From the NCBI GenBank assembly GCA_008080745.1, contig SHMX01000005.1:90001-122000 (forward strand): 32,000 nucleotides of DNA. The letters run 5' to 3'. Position 1 is the stretch's first letter. The number at the start of each line of letters is the position of its first letter. Source of the stretch: Candidatus Thorarchaeota archaeon. GTDB taxonomy: Archaea; Asgardarchaeota; Thorarchaeia; Thorarchaeales; Thorarchaeaceae. The position numbers were made by a program, and so were the translations under genes. The notes beneath the pieces are model-generated. The model was not told the origin of the DNA. It saw only the letters and a list, made by a program, of their open reading frames with translations, and did no database searches. Positions 9,547 through 18,618 of the stretch are shown here, piece by piece.

Positions 9547-10722
9547 TCAGTTTTGTATATTAGTGTATAACTCATGATATTTTGATGCTACTTGATGCAG
9601 GCAGAAACCCGTTCTGGCTTTCTCTGAAGCGTTTTGAGATAGTGTATTTCGGAGCTTTTCATCTTCAATAAGTACCTCCAATTTCTCTACCAATCCCGTT
9701 ACCGATCCTGATGAGAATGCGAGAAAATCTTCGCCCTTTTTTCCCACATCTGATAACCAAGGATGGTCTGTTATGACTGTGGCAATCCCACAACTTAGAG
9801 CTTCTAGGAATGCGTTAGATAAGCCCTCTTTTCGAGACGGAAGTACAAATATGTCTGCTGAACGAATATACCTTCGAGGGCAATCCACAAAACCAGCAAC
9901 AATTACACGGTCCGAGGAGAATGAATACAGGTAATCTGTTAATTCAGAATCTACCAAAGGATTTTGCTCCTCTTTATTGGGACCAATAAAAAGAAAGGTC
10001 ACTTCTGGGTATTTCGATAGAATATTTGAAATTGCTTCAATCAACACATCTACTCCCTTTCTATACGAAACAATCCCAGCAAATGTGATTATTATTCCCG
10101 TGGGCAGTTGTAGAGATTCTCGGAGATTTTTTCTCTCTAACTGACTTGGCGGTTGGAACTTTTGACAATCAACGCCATTTGTAATCTGTTTAATCTTCTG
10201 GGGTGGTACATTAGATTTTAGACATGTTTCTTTTGCTTCCGTAGTCAGAGCAATCCATATGTCCAATTGACGTAGAATCAGCATTCTAATTTTACCCAAT
10301 AATCCCTTTGAGAGGGTGATAGGGTCGTCTGTTTCCATCAGGCTGATTTTTCCAATTGTACGTTTTCGCAGAATCTTCGCCATTGGTACTCCCAGGTATG
10401 GATAAAGTCGAATTCCATGAAAATGGATGATTTCTACTCTAGTAGCAAGAATGAACATCACTATAGCGAAACGAAAAAGGTAAATTATATTTTCAAAAAT
10501 TCCAGCATTCTCAGACCGGTAAACCCTGTAGATTTTGATTCCTTCAATCTCTCTTTGGTAAACAGGTCTTTCTTTTTTTATACTTGTGCCTCCAAGCCCG
10601 ATGACCTCGACCCCTTTTTGCACAAGTTTCTTCGACAAAGCTAATGCCTGTTTTCCTCCTCCCGCATATTCGGGCGGAAACAGGGGTGCAACCATGAGAA
10701 CACGGGTAGGCTTTTGGGTCAT
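9547..10722 (-). CDS. Glycosyltransferase family 4
   Basis: Motifs APLFPPEYAGGG, NGVD, RKGVDVL and EX7E (EGLSNAFLE). The start is placed at ATG 10722, which has GGTGA upstream, rather than GTG 10830. Confidence 0.9.
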   Translation of the reverse strand: MTQKPTRVLMVAPLFPPEYAGGGKQALALSKKLVQKGVEVIGLGGTSIKKERPVYQREIEGIKIYRVYRSENAGIFENIIYLFRFAIVMFILATRVEIIHFHGIRLYPYLGVPMAKILRKRTIGKISLMETDDPITLSKGLLGKIRMLILRQLDIWIALTTEAKETCLKSNVPPQKIKQITNGVDCQKFQPPSQLERKNLRESLQLPTGIIITFAGIVSYRKGVDVLIEAISNILSKYPEVTFLFIGPNKEEQNPLVDSELTDYLYSFSSDRVIVAGFVDCPRRYIRSADIFVLPSRKEGLSNAFLEALSCGIATVITDHPWLSDVGKKGEDFLAFSSGSVTGLVEKLEVLIEDEKLRNTLSQNASEKARTGFCLHQVASKYHELYTNIQN

Positions 10723-10869
10723 TTCAGTCACCAAAATGTTGTCATATGAATCATTTACATGGTTCGAAATTGTATCTTTGATAAGTCTATCCGATTTGGA
10801 ACTATTGGGACGACAAAAGTTATAGAGCACACACCAGATTCGATTTACTAGGTCTGACTGGTGTAGAAG

Positions 10870-11826
10870 ATGAAACGTATTCTAGTAACTGGAGCTGCAG
10901 GATTCATTGGAAGTCATCTATGTGAAAAGCTCCTGCAAAATGGAGAATTTGTTATTGGAATTGATAATTTCAATGATTATTACGACTCATCGGTAAAACG
11001 AAGAAATATACGTTTTAGCCAAAATCAGGAAAACTTTAGACTACATGAAGTTGACATTCGAAGTAATGAATTTCTAAATCTGATGAATGATTTAGATGTG
11101 GATCACATCGTTCATTTAGCAGCTCGTGCTGGTGTTATCCCTTCAGTTGAGAATCCAAATGCTACCTTTACCAATAATGTGATTGGCACTCAGAATATTC
11201 TAGAAGTATGTCGAAGATATGAGATTCCTAAGCTAACTGCTGCTTCTTCATCTTCCGTCTATGGAAGCAGAACAGGGGGTTCATTTAAAGAAACCGACAT
11301 GGTATCAACACCTGAGTCACCCTATGCGGCATCAAAGGTCATGAATGAAATAATGGGGTATGCTTTCAATAAGGCATATGGAACCAAAATGACTTTTCTA
11401 CGTTTCTTTACTGTTTACGGCCCAAGACAAAGGCCGGATATGGCAATTCATGCCTTCGTTAGGCGAATTGTTATTGATAAACACCTCACCGTCTATGGTA
11501 GCCCCAAGACATCTCGTGATTATACGTACATCGATGACATCGTTTCTGGTGTAATTTCCGCAATAAATTACGATGGCGATTACGACATCTTCAACTTGGG
11601 AAATTCATCACCCGTTTTCTTAGGAGATTTGGTTGATATTATTCTTGAATTAACTGATACTAATGTAGATGTAGAATGGCTTCCTGGCCGGGTTGGTGAT
11701 GTACCTATGACCTATGCTGATATCTCAAAAGCGGAAAACATACTAGGTTATTCGCCAGACACATCAATTCGGGATGGGGTAGAGAATTTCGTTAAATGGT
11801 TCCATGAGGTAACTGATTTAATCTGA
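10870..11826 (+). CDS. NAD-dependent epimerase, UDP-glucuronate 4-epimerase (CapI/Uge/GAE)-like
   Basis: Motifs TGAAGFIGSHL, HLAARAGV, SSSSVYG, YAASK and RFFTVYGPRQRPDMA, the last typical of GlcA 4-epimerases. It lies close to ugd. Confidence 0.85.
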   Translation: MKRILVTGAAGFIGSHLCEKLLQNGEFVIGIDNFNDYYDSSVKRRNIRFSQNQENFRLHEVDIRSNEFLNLMNDLDVDHIVHLAARAGVIPSVENPNATFTNNVIGTQNILEVCRRYEIPKLTAASSSSVYGSRTGGSFKETDMVSTPESPYAASKVMNEIMGYAFNKAYGTKMTFLRFFTVYGPRQRPDMAIHAFVRRIVIDKHLTVYGSPKTSRDYTYIDDIVSGVISAINYDGDYDIFNLGNSSPVFLGDLVDIILELTDTNVDVEWLPGRVGDVPMTYADISKAENILGYSPDTSIRDGVENFVKWFHEVTDLI

Positions 11827-11844
11827 TAGTGATTGTTTAGCTTT

Positions 11845-12204
11845 CTAAAAAACGGTGGTCAAAATCAGATCCAGAATTAAAGCTGCTAATACTCCATAAG
11901 CTACCACTATTGGACCTAATGATGCTAAGGTCATGGTTATTGTCATTGCCACTGTCAAAGCAATAATTATTCTGCGTAGAATACCTCTATCAGACGACTC
12001 ATTTTTTTCTTCATTATTTGACTTTGAGTCAAAAAGAAAGAACACCACCAAATTCAACACCGGAAAAACGAACCAGATTGGCTGCCAATTTGTTACAACT
12101 GTTGTTAGTATAATTATAGCCATATAGTACAAGAGATGAAGTAATGTAAGTAGAATTAGTGATCGGTTCCAGTCAAAATCATGCAATGATGCGCGAACTG
12201 ACAT
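11845..12204 (-). CDS. Small hypothetical integral membrane protein (about 4 TM)
   Basis: 119 aa with two pairs of hydrophobic segments separated by a charged loop (KSNNEEKNESSDR). It fills the gap between the flanking genes. Confidence 0.6.
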   Translation of the reverse strand: MSVRASLHDFDWNRSLILLTLLHLLYYMAIIILTTVVTNWQPIWFVFPVLNLVVFFLFDSKSNNEEKNESSDRGILRRIIIALTVAMTITMTLASLGPIVVAYGVLAALILDLILTTVF

Positions 12205-12327
12205 ATATGCTCCTCTGTGAAAGACCTATTTGTTATTATCTCTTACTGAAATCGAATACAAATCAGGGTTTCTTTAGTAACCTACAAAAAGAATTCCGAA
12301 TTAGTACTACATCGTGGAGAAAATATT

Positions 12328-14196
12328 ATGGTCGGCACGGTAACATGGATTCCTACGTTGTTTGAATTCGTAGTTCTGACCTTCGTTGCTATATGTTATC
12401 TTCTACCAGGTATTCTTCTTGGTGATATTTTATTCCGACAGAAAAGAAAACTTTGGCGAATTTCTCTGGGCACAAGTATCATTCTTACATATTATATTAT
12501 CATTGGATTCATCTTATCTTCGCTAGCTCTCCTAGTTGAAACAATCTATGCACTCATCTGGTTTGGCACCCTATTTTGCATTGGTATTCCTTGGATTCTT
12601 TCTCGCCGAGATTCTCTCCATCTTGAACTGAACGAAGACACAAAGAAACTTGGAGTATTCATATTTACTGTTTTTCTATTTCTTTTCTTAGCCTACTTCT
12701 CTTGGGAGGGAAAAAATCATGGTGTTGGTGGTTGGGATCGTTCTGAGCATGTGGTCAAACTTCTTTATCTGGTATATCATAATACAATTCCAGAAACTGA
12801 GATAGGTATGCTAACAAATGCATTCTACCCTCAAGGACTCAATCTGAATCTTTTCATGTTTTACTCATTAACGCACACCATTAACCACCAAATAGTATTG
12901 CAGATGATAATTGTTTGGTATTTTGCTGCAAATCTCGCAGCACTTGTTATTCCTCTTGCAGCTGTAGCTTCAGAGATAAAATCTGATATCCGTCTTGTAA
13001 TGTTGACAGTTTTCTGCTATATCCCTGGGAGCTATCTCCTTATTTTCGAATCCATGCCTTCCAGTCTTGCTATGTTCTTGGTAGGAAATATTCTCCTTCT
13101 ATCAATAACTGAAAAACAAACACTAAGATTCATTCCTATCAAAATCCTACTATTATTAGGTGTGATTGCGATACATCTAGTAATTTTTCTCTATACTAGT
13201 TTGATTCTGATTGGTATTGCTATCAGCCGATTTAGATATCCCCGCCAAATGTTTGTAGGAATAATTACTAGTTTCATTTCTCTAATTTTGGCCGGACTTT
13301 TCTATGCTGGATTACTCTTCACTACGGAGCCATCTCTTTTATGGGGTACAATAGAGTTTGCCTTTAATGCCCAAAATCCAATTCCTCGTTCTACTCTTCC
13401 TCTACTACAATTCAATGTCTTTTCACTTCTTCCAACCCGTTTCTCTGGATTCAGCTTCTATCTATTCACAATTATGGGAATCCTTCCTGTATTTCTGCTT
13501 GGATTGTATAATGTTTTTAGAGAGAAACATTGGGGGTTGGCTGGATTATGTCTTGTTTCTATTTACATCTCATTAGCAGAATTTGCAAGATTCAATAATA
13601 GGGTGCGTTTCTTCATGCTTTATCCTGTTGCAATCATTAGTGCTATTGGGATTCTTGTATTGATTGATATTATTAGGTCCAGAAATTGGAGTGATACTAT
13701 ATCTCTCTTTCATCCGAAACAAGCTGCTACATTGGTTATCTCACTTATTGTTCTCTCCTCTGTTTTCACATGTGTTTCATTTGCATCTGCCGGATATGGT
13801 AATGCGACAAGCAGCTGGGCTGGTAGGGATCATACATTTTTGGATAATGGAGTGTTTTTATGTGTGGGATGGATGCATTTGGCCGGTCTAAATGATATTG
13901 GGATTATAGCTACACCTCACGATGCAGTATACTATCAAATTTTTGAATCATTATCCAATAACAAAATTTTGATGGGATCTACATGGGACTCTCCTCAAAG
14001 TTTTGCTGATGTTCGACTACTATTCAATGACACTACCGATTCTACCATTATTCAGGAAATCGTTTCCAATTACCATATTGAAGCTTTCCTGGTTCGTGGT
14101 GATGATGCATCTTATGATCACATCCTTGAGATATATTCTGGCACTACACTATTTTACGGGCCTTACGATTATGTGGTTGGTATGTTATCATACTAA
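12328..14196 (+). CDS. Polytopic membrane protein, putative GT-C fold glycosyltransferase
   Basis: Many TM segments, N-terminal 'YLLPG' helix, first external loop 'GWDRSEH...FYPQG', and a C-terminal soluble domain ending in 'LFN...IVSNYHIEAFLV'. GGAG lies upstream. Confidence 0.65.
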   Translation: MVGTVTWIPTLFEFVVLTFVAICYLLPGILLGDILFRQKRKLWRISLGTSIILTYYIIIGFILSSLALLVETIYALIWFGTLFCIGIPWILSRRDSLHLELNEDTKKLGVFIFTVFLFLFLAYFSWEGKNHGVGGWDRSEHVVKLLYLVYHNTIPETEIGMLTNAFYPQGLNLNLFMFYSLTHTINHQIVLQMIIVWYFAANLAALVIPLAAVASEIKSDIRLVMLTVFCYIPGSYLLIFESMPSSLAMFLVGNILLLSITEKQTLRFIPIKILLLLGVIAIHLVIFLYTSLILIGIAISRFRYPRQMFVGIITSFISLILAGLFYAGLLFTTEPSLLWGTIEFAFNAQNPIPRSTLPLLQFNVFSLLPTRFSGFSFYLFTIMGILPVFLLGLYNVFREKHWGLAGLCLVSIYISLAEFARFNNRVRFFMLYPVAIISAIGILVLIDIIRSRNWSDTISLFHPKQAATLVISLIVLSSVFTCVSFASAGYGNATSSWAGRDHTFLDNGVFLCVGWMHLAGLNDIGIIATPHDAVYYQIFESLSNNKILMGSTWDSPQSFADVRLLFNDTTDSTIIQEIVSNYHIEAFLVRGDDASYDHILEIYSGTTLFYGPYDYVVGMLSY

Positions 14197-14289
14197 ATGA
14201 AATGCTTGACTAACCAAATGGTTAAGTGGATGACTTGATTCAAGCTACTGGTAGCATTAGTATGTTCCACTTGGTCAGGGTGATTGTCT

Positions 14290-15786
14290 ATGTCTGGCGA
14301 ACAAATAGCAAAATCTGAAAAACCAACGAAGAAAAGCTATGTTCGTTCCGGATTAATCTTCATGACCCTTTCGCTTGCAGCACATAAAGGACTTTTATTT
14401 ATCCTCCGTATTCTTTTAGCACGATATCTGTCAGTCGGAGAATATGGTCTTGTTACCTACTGTTGGGGCACAGGAACAACTATTGGTTTTCTTCTAATGT
14501 TTGGACGGGAACATGATGCAGTTGTAGACATCCCCCGAATGAGTCCTAACGAGTTATCCAAAGAAACCAAATATCTCCTAAAAATTGCGATTGGTATTGG
14601 TGTGGTTTTTCTATGGGGGACTTTATCTATTCTCATTACTACCAATGTAGAACTTAGAATTTGGGCTCTGGTTGGTTATGCATTATCTAATCTAATTTTC
14701 CAGATGGAATACTACACTCTTATCAGCACGAAGAGTTTCAAATCACATCTCGTACTAACATCGATTTTTAATGGGGGATCTGTTCTTGCTGTTATCATTC
14801 TTGGACAAATGTCCATTATAACCCCTCAAAATGCAATACTCTCGATACTGGTATTATCAACTGTAGCGAGCGTTTTTGGTGCTATTCTAATTCGTATTAT
14901 TGGAACAGTCGATGAAAAACAGCATGAGATAAAGATCGAATCCAAACGTGTTTGGAGCTTCTCCCGCTTTGAATCTTCAAATCTTCATTACTTCACTGCT
15001 GATATCTGTACAACTCTAATTCCACTTCTTCCAGTTCTTCTACTTGATTTCTTTGCAGGGTACGAAGAGGTTGGTTTTTTTGGACTTTCTCTATCTTTGT
15101 ATAGGGCATCTGTAATTATTGCTGTGATAATCAATATAACTTATGGCCCCGGACTATCAAAAACTTATATTCAAAATAAATCAGAATATTCACGACTATT
15201 CCGGGAAAGTTTTCAACTAACTGTGTTTCTTCAAGGTGCTGGAGCAATAGGTTTAGGTATGCTTGCTGGTCCCGTGATATCTGTTTTAGCTGATGTCCGT
15301 TATTTAGATTCTATCAATGTTCTACAAATTTTACTATTTGGTGCGTGTTTCGAAGCACTATATTTTGTTTCGAGTTCAGTTCTTCGAACCGCAGGTCATT
15401 CCTCCACCCTATCCAGAATCAATATTGTTGCTCTAGGGGTTTTTGTAATCATTGGCCCAATTTCGGTAGCACTTATAGGTCTACAGGGTGCGGCTTTATC
15501 CTATGCGATTGTTGTTGGCGTCCAGGCTTCTTGTAGTTTTACTGCAGTTTGGCTCAACAAGAACACATATCCAGAGAGTGCTTTGAAAAGCAGCCTTCTT
15601 CAACGTGTATTTTTACTATCTCTTATTCCAAGTGTTTTCCTGAGTTTAGTGGTGTTTTCTGGAGTGGGAATCTCGTTAGCTTGGTTGATTGTTTTTCTTG
15701 CAATTTACTACCTAGTAAGTCACGGGTTAGATGTGCTCAAACTTACTGATGTTCGTGATTTTCTTTTATCTGGAAGTTTTGAATAG
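14290..15786 (+). CDS. Wzx/MATE-like oligosaccharide flippase
   Basis: Motif 'RILLARYLSVGEYG', about 12-14 TM segments and 'EEVGFF' in the second half. GGGTGA lies upstream of ATG 14290. Confidence 0.85.
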   Translation: MSGEQIAKSEKPTKKSYVRSGLIFMTLSLAAHKGLLFILRILLARYLSVGEYGLVTYCWGTGTTIGFLLMFGREHDAVVDIPRMSPNELSKETKYLLKIAIGIGVVFLWGTLSILITTNVELRIWALVGYALSNLIFQMEYYTLISTKSFKSHLVLTSIFNGGSVLAVIILGQMSIITPQNAILSILVLSTVASVFGAILIRIIGTVDEKQHEIKIESKRVWSFSRFESSNLHYFTADICTTLIPLLPVLLLDFFAGYEEVGFFGLSLSLYRASVIIAVIINITYGPGLSKTYIQNKSEYSRLFRESFQLTVFLQGAGAIGLGMLAGPVISVLADVRYLDSINVLQILLFGACFEALYFVSSSVLRTAGHSSTLSRINIVALGVFVIIGPISVALIGLQGAALSYAIVVGVQASCSFTAVWLNKNTYPESALKSSLLQRVFLLSLIPSVFLSLVVFSGVGISLAWLIVFLAIYYLVSHGLDVLKLTDVRDFLLSGSFE

Positions 15787-15895
15787 AATTAGTCATTTTC
15801 TAGTATTTAGATGATTGAGGTGTATGTCCATAATGACTATTAGGTTGAATGTACTCCAAAATTTTACTATTCCAAAATATCTGTATGTATCATTA

Positions 15896-15910
15896 TTTCA
15901 TACTATGAAA
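15896..15910. promoter_or_regulatory. Perfect 7-1-7 palindrome (TTTCATA-C-TATGAAA), operator-like, upstream of ald
   Basis: Read directly from the sequence, 31 nt upstream of ATG 15942. Confidence 0.35.
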
Positions 15911-15941
15911 ATCATAAGTCCTTCAATAGGTGTTCCCCGTC

Positions 15942-17084
15942 ATGATTATTGGCAGTCCTAAAGAAATCAAAATTGGCGAAGCCAGAGTAGGTATGACTCC
16001 TCTTATGGTTCGCGAACTAAATAATGCCGGCCACGAAATAGTTGTTGAAAATGGTCTTGGAGAGTTATCTGGTCACTCAGATACAGAATATGAAGAAGCT
16101 GGAGCCACACTCGCAAAAAAGCAACGAGTCTTTGATGAAGCAGAATTCATTGTGAAATTCAAGAACCCGTTTGAAAAGGAATTGAAATACTTTCATGAAG
16201 GTCAGATATTATTTACCTATTTACACCTTGATGAAAACGCACCCCCCTCCTACACAGAATCACTTTTGAATCTTGGAATCACAGGAATCGCATATGAATG
16301 GGTCGAGCTTGATGATGGTTCACATCCTCTTTTAGATCCGATGAGCCATGTAACTGGTATTGTTGTAGCCCAAAAAGCGATGGATCTAATTACATATCCT
16401 AAAGGAAAAGCTTTGATGGTAGGACATATAGAACCTGGTATCCCATCTGCTCGTGTAACAATTGTGGGTGGGGGTCATATTGGACTTATGACTGCAAAGA
16501 CCTTTTTGGGAATCAATGCTGATGTGACTGTGGTCGATAAACATCCTGAAACACTTGTTGAGCGGCTTTCGAGATTTGTCCCTGGTGATATTGCCAAACG
16601 AGTCAAGGGTGTGTTATCCACAAATGAAAACTTGGTTTCAATTATTCCCAGTACTGATATCCTAATTAACGCGGCTGTTCGGCGTCCGGATTTCAAACAA
16701 CCTCATCTTATCACCAAGGAGATGATTCTGACTATGGAGCCGGGCTCTGTAGTAATCGATGCTACTGCGTGTGACAAAGACATGCTTGAAACATCCCTTT
16801 CAACCACTCACCTCGATCCTATTTATGACGTTGAAGGAATCATTCATTATTGTGTTGATAATGTTCCATCGGGTGTGGCAAGAACTTCCACTGCGTTATT
16901 AACAAAATACACCTTTCCATACATTCGGGAGATTGCAAATAAGGGCATCAAGAAGGCATTGGAGGATAATATTCCACTGCAGCGTGGTGTTCAGTTCATC
17001 CGAGATAAGTTTGTACATGAATATGTGGCGAAGAAGAAAGGATTTGAACTAAGTGATTTTGATGAAGCACTTGCCCTATTGTAA
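15942..17084 (+). CDS. ald: Alanine dehydrogenase-like protein (AlaDH/PNT family), divergent
   Basis: Motifs IIGSPKEIK.GEARV, KFKNP, FTYLHL, PLLDPMS, GGGHIG, YCVDNVP and RTST. ATG 15942 has AGGTG upstream. Confidence 0.85.
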   Translation: MIIGSPKEIKIGEARVGMTPLMVRELNNAGHEIVVENGLGELSGHSDTEYEEAGATLAKKQRVFDEAEFIVKFKNPFEKELKYFHEGQILFTYLHLDENAPPSYTESLLNLGITGIAYEWVELDDGSHPLLDPMSHVTGIVVAQKAMDLITYPKGKALMVGHIEPGIPSARVTIVGGGHIGLMTAKTFLGINADVTVVDKHPETLVERLSRFVPGDIAKRVKGVLSTNENLVSIIPSTDILINAAVRRPDFKQPHLITKEMILTMEPGSVVIDATACDKDMLETSLSTTHLDPIYDVEGIIHYCVDNVPSGVARTSTALLTKYTFPYIREIANKGIKKALEDNIPLQRGVQFIRDKFVHEYVAKKKGFELSDFDEALALL

Positions 17085-17127
17085 TGTGATGTAACTCTTA
17101 TAGATTGTATTTAGGTTTGATAATGGA

Positions 17128-18531
17128 GTGATGCACGTATTGCTAAGATTTGTAACCACCAAGTTCATGCTTCCCGTTTTTCAAATGATGAGTGGAAGTA
17201 AATTTCTTAGTTATATGAAACAACTACGGAAAAGCCAATGGTGGACCCTGTCAGAATTGAACAAGTTACGGAATAAGCGACTAAGATGTCTGATTAATCA
17301 TGCATATGATACAGTTCCTTATTATAGACGTTTATTCCGACAGCGTGGTCTTACACCCCAAGATATTCGCACGGTTGAGGATTTGGTCAAACTTCCAGTC
17401 ATGACAAAGGACATAATACGTAGAAATTTTGATGAGCTTGTATCTCGAAAGATTCCAAAGGGAAAGGTGAAACTCCGAGCCACTGGGGGATCTACTGGTG
17501 AACCCCTCAATTTTTATGTATCTCAGGAAACAATGGATTATTCAGAGGCAACCCGATTACGTGGCTGGGAGATAGCAGGTTACCAGTTTGGAGAAAAATC
17601 AGCCAAACTTTGGGCATCCACATTTGATGCTAAGAAACTGTTCTCTCTAAAATCAAGGTTTAGGAGATATCTTCATCGTCATTTGCTTCTTGATTCCAAC
17701 GTACTAACTCCTACCACTATGAAAATCTATACCGAACAACTCCGTCAATACAAACCTACTCTTCTGATGGGATATACTTCATCTCTATTCAAATTAGCAG
17801 AATTCATTCTAAATTCTGATGATATTGAACCTCTCAGTATACCTGCAATAGTAACAGGTGCAGAAACACTTTACCCTCATTGGAGACCATTACTGCGTAA
17901 TGCATTCGGTGGAGAAGTTTTCAACCACTATCTAACCAGAGAAACCTGTGTGTCATCTGATGAATGCCCTTCTCATGAGGGCTCTCATGTATCAATTGAA
18001 GTTGGCCACTTAGAGATCTTGTCCGAAAATGAAAGTGTTATTGATGAACACGGCAGAGTTCTTGTTACTGATTTCTTTAATTTTGCAATGCCATTCATTC
18101 GATTTGACCTTCAAGATGTTGCATTATTGAAATCCGAGAGATGTTCATGTGGAAGATCTCTTCCCTTGTTAGATAAAATTCTTGGCAGAATCAATGATCT
18201 TATTGTTTCTCCTACTGGTGTGACTTATAATCCCGTATTCTTCATGTGGTTGGTCTATCGAAATCCATGGAAGGCAGACAAGCTAGAAGGAATTCAAGAT
18301 TACCAAATAGTTCAGCAAAAAATCGATTATCTTATTGTTAATATAGTGCCCACTGAGGACATGCCCATTGAAATACCCGATTTGATCCGAGAGAATATTT
18401 TACGAGAAACCAAAAACGAATTTGAAGTGGAAATAAGACTGGTAGACGAATTGCCATTGACTCAAGCTGGTAAACGAAGATATGTAATTTCAGAAATCAG
18501 TACGACACCGACCTTCAATTTCGAGAACTAG
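17128..18531 (+). CDS. PaaK/CapK-like adenylate-forming ligase (phenylacetate-CoA ligase family)
   Basis: Motifs HAYDTVPYYR, LPVMTK, P-loop ATGGSTGEP, AMPFIRF, GRINDL, YQIVQ and C-terminal GKRR. Confidence 0.88.
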   Translation: MMHVLLRFVTTKFMLPVFQMMSGSKFLSYMKQLRKSQWWTLSELNKLRNKRLRCLINHAYDTVPYYRRLFRQRGLTPQDIRTVEDLVKLPVMTKDIIRRNFDELVSRKIPKGKVKLRATGGSTGEPLNFYVSQETMDYSEATRLRGWEIAGYQFGEKSAKLWASTFDAKKLFSLKSRFRRYLHRHLLLDSNVLTPTTMKIYTEQLRQYKPTLLMGYTSSLFKLAEFILNSDDIEPLSIPAIVTGAETLYPHWRPLLRNAFGGEVFNHYLTRETCVSSDECPSHEGSHVSIEVGHLEILSENESVIDEHGRVLVTDFFNFAMPFIRFDLQDVALLKSERCSCGRSLPLLDKILGRINDLIVSPTGVTYNPVFFMWLVYRNPWKADKLEGIQDYQIVQQKIDYLIVNIVPTEDMPIEIPDLIRENILRETKNEFEVEIRLVDELPLTQAGKRRYVISEISTTPTFNFEN

Positions 18532-18618
18532 GAAAGTCTTAATATCTCTTTCAATGCCTCACTGTATGCCGAATTACCCCACATAGAATTATACAGGAAA
18601 TAGGATGGTAGTTGATCT

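Noticed and set aside
10831-10864. ACACCAG/CTGGTGT 7-bp inverted repeat covering the epimerase RBS
   Set aside because: It is short, and the left arm probably lies upstream of the transcription start implied by the TTATAG at about 10820. It could be chance.
15824-15961. 45-codon ORF after GAGGTG, overlapping the ald start
   Set aside because: RBS spacing is poor, there are no motifs, and it spans the probable promoter and palindrome.
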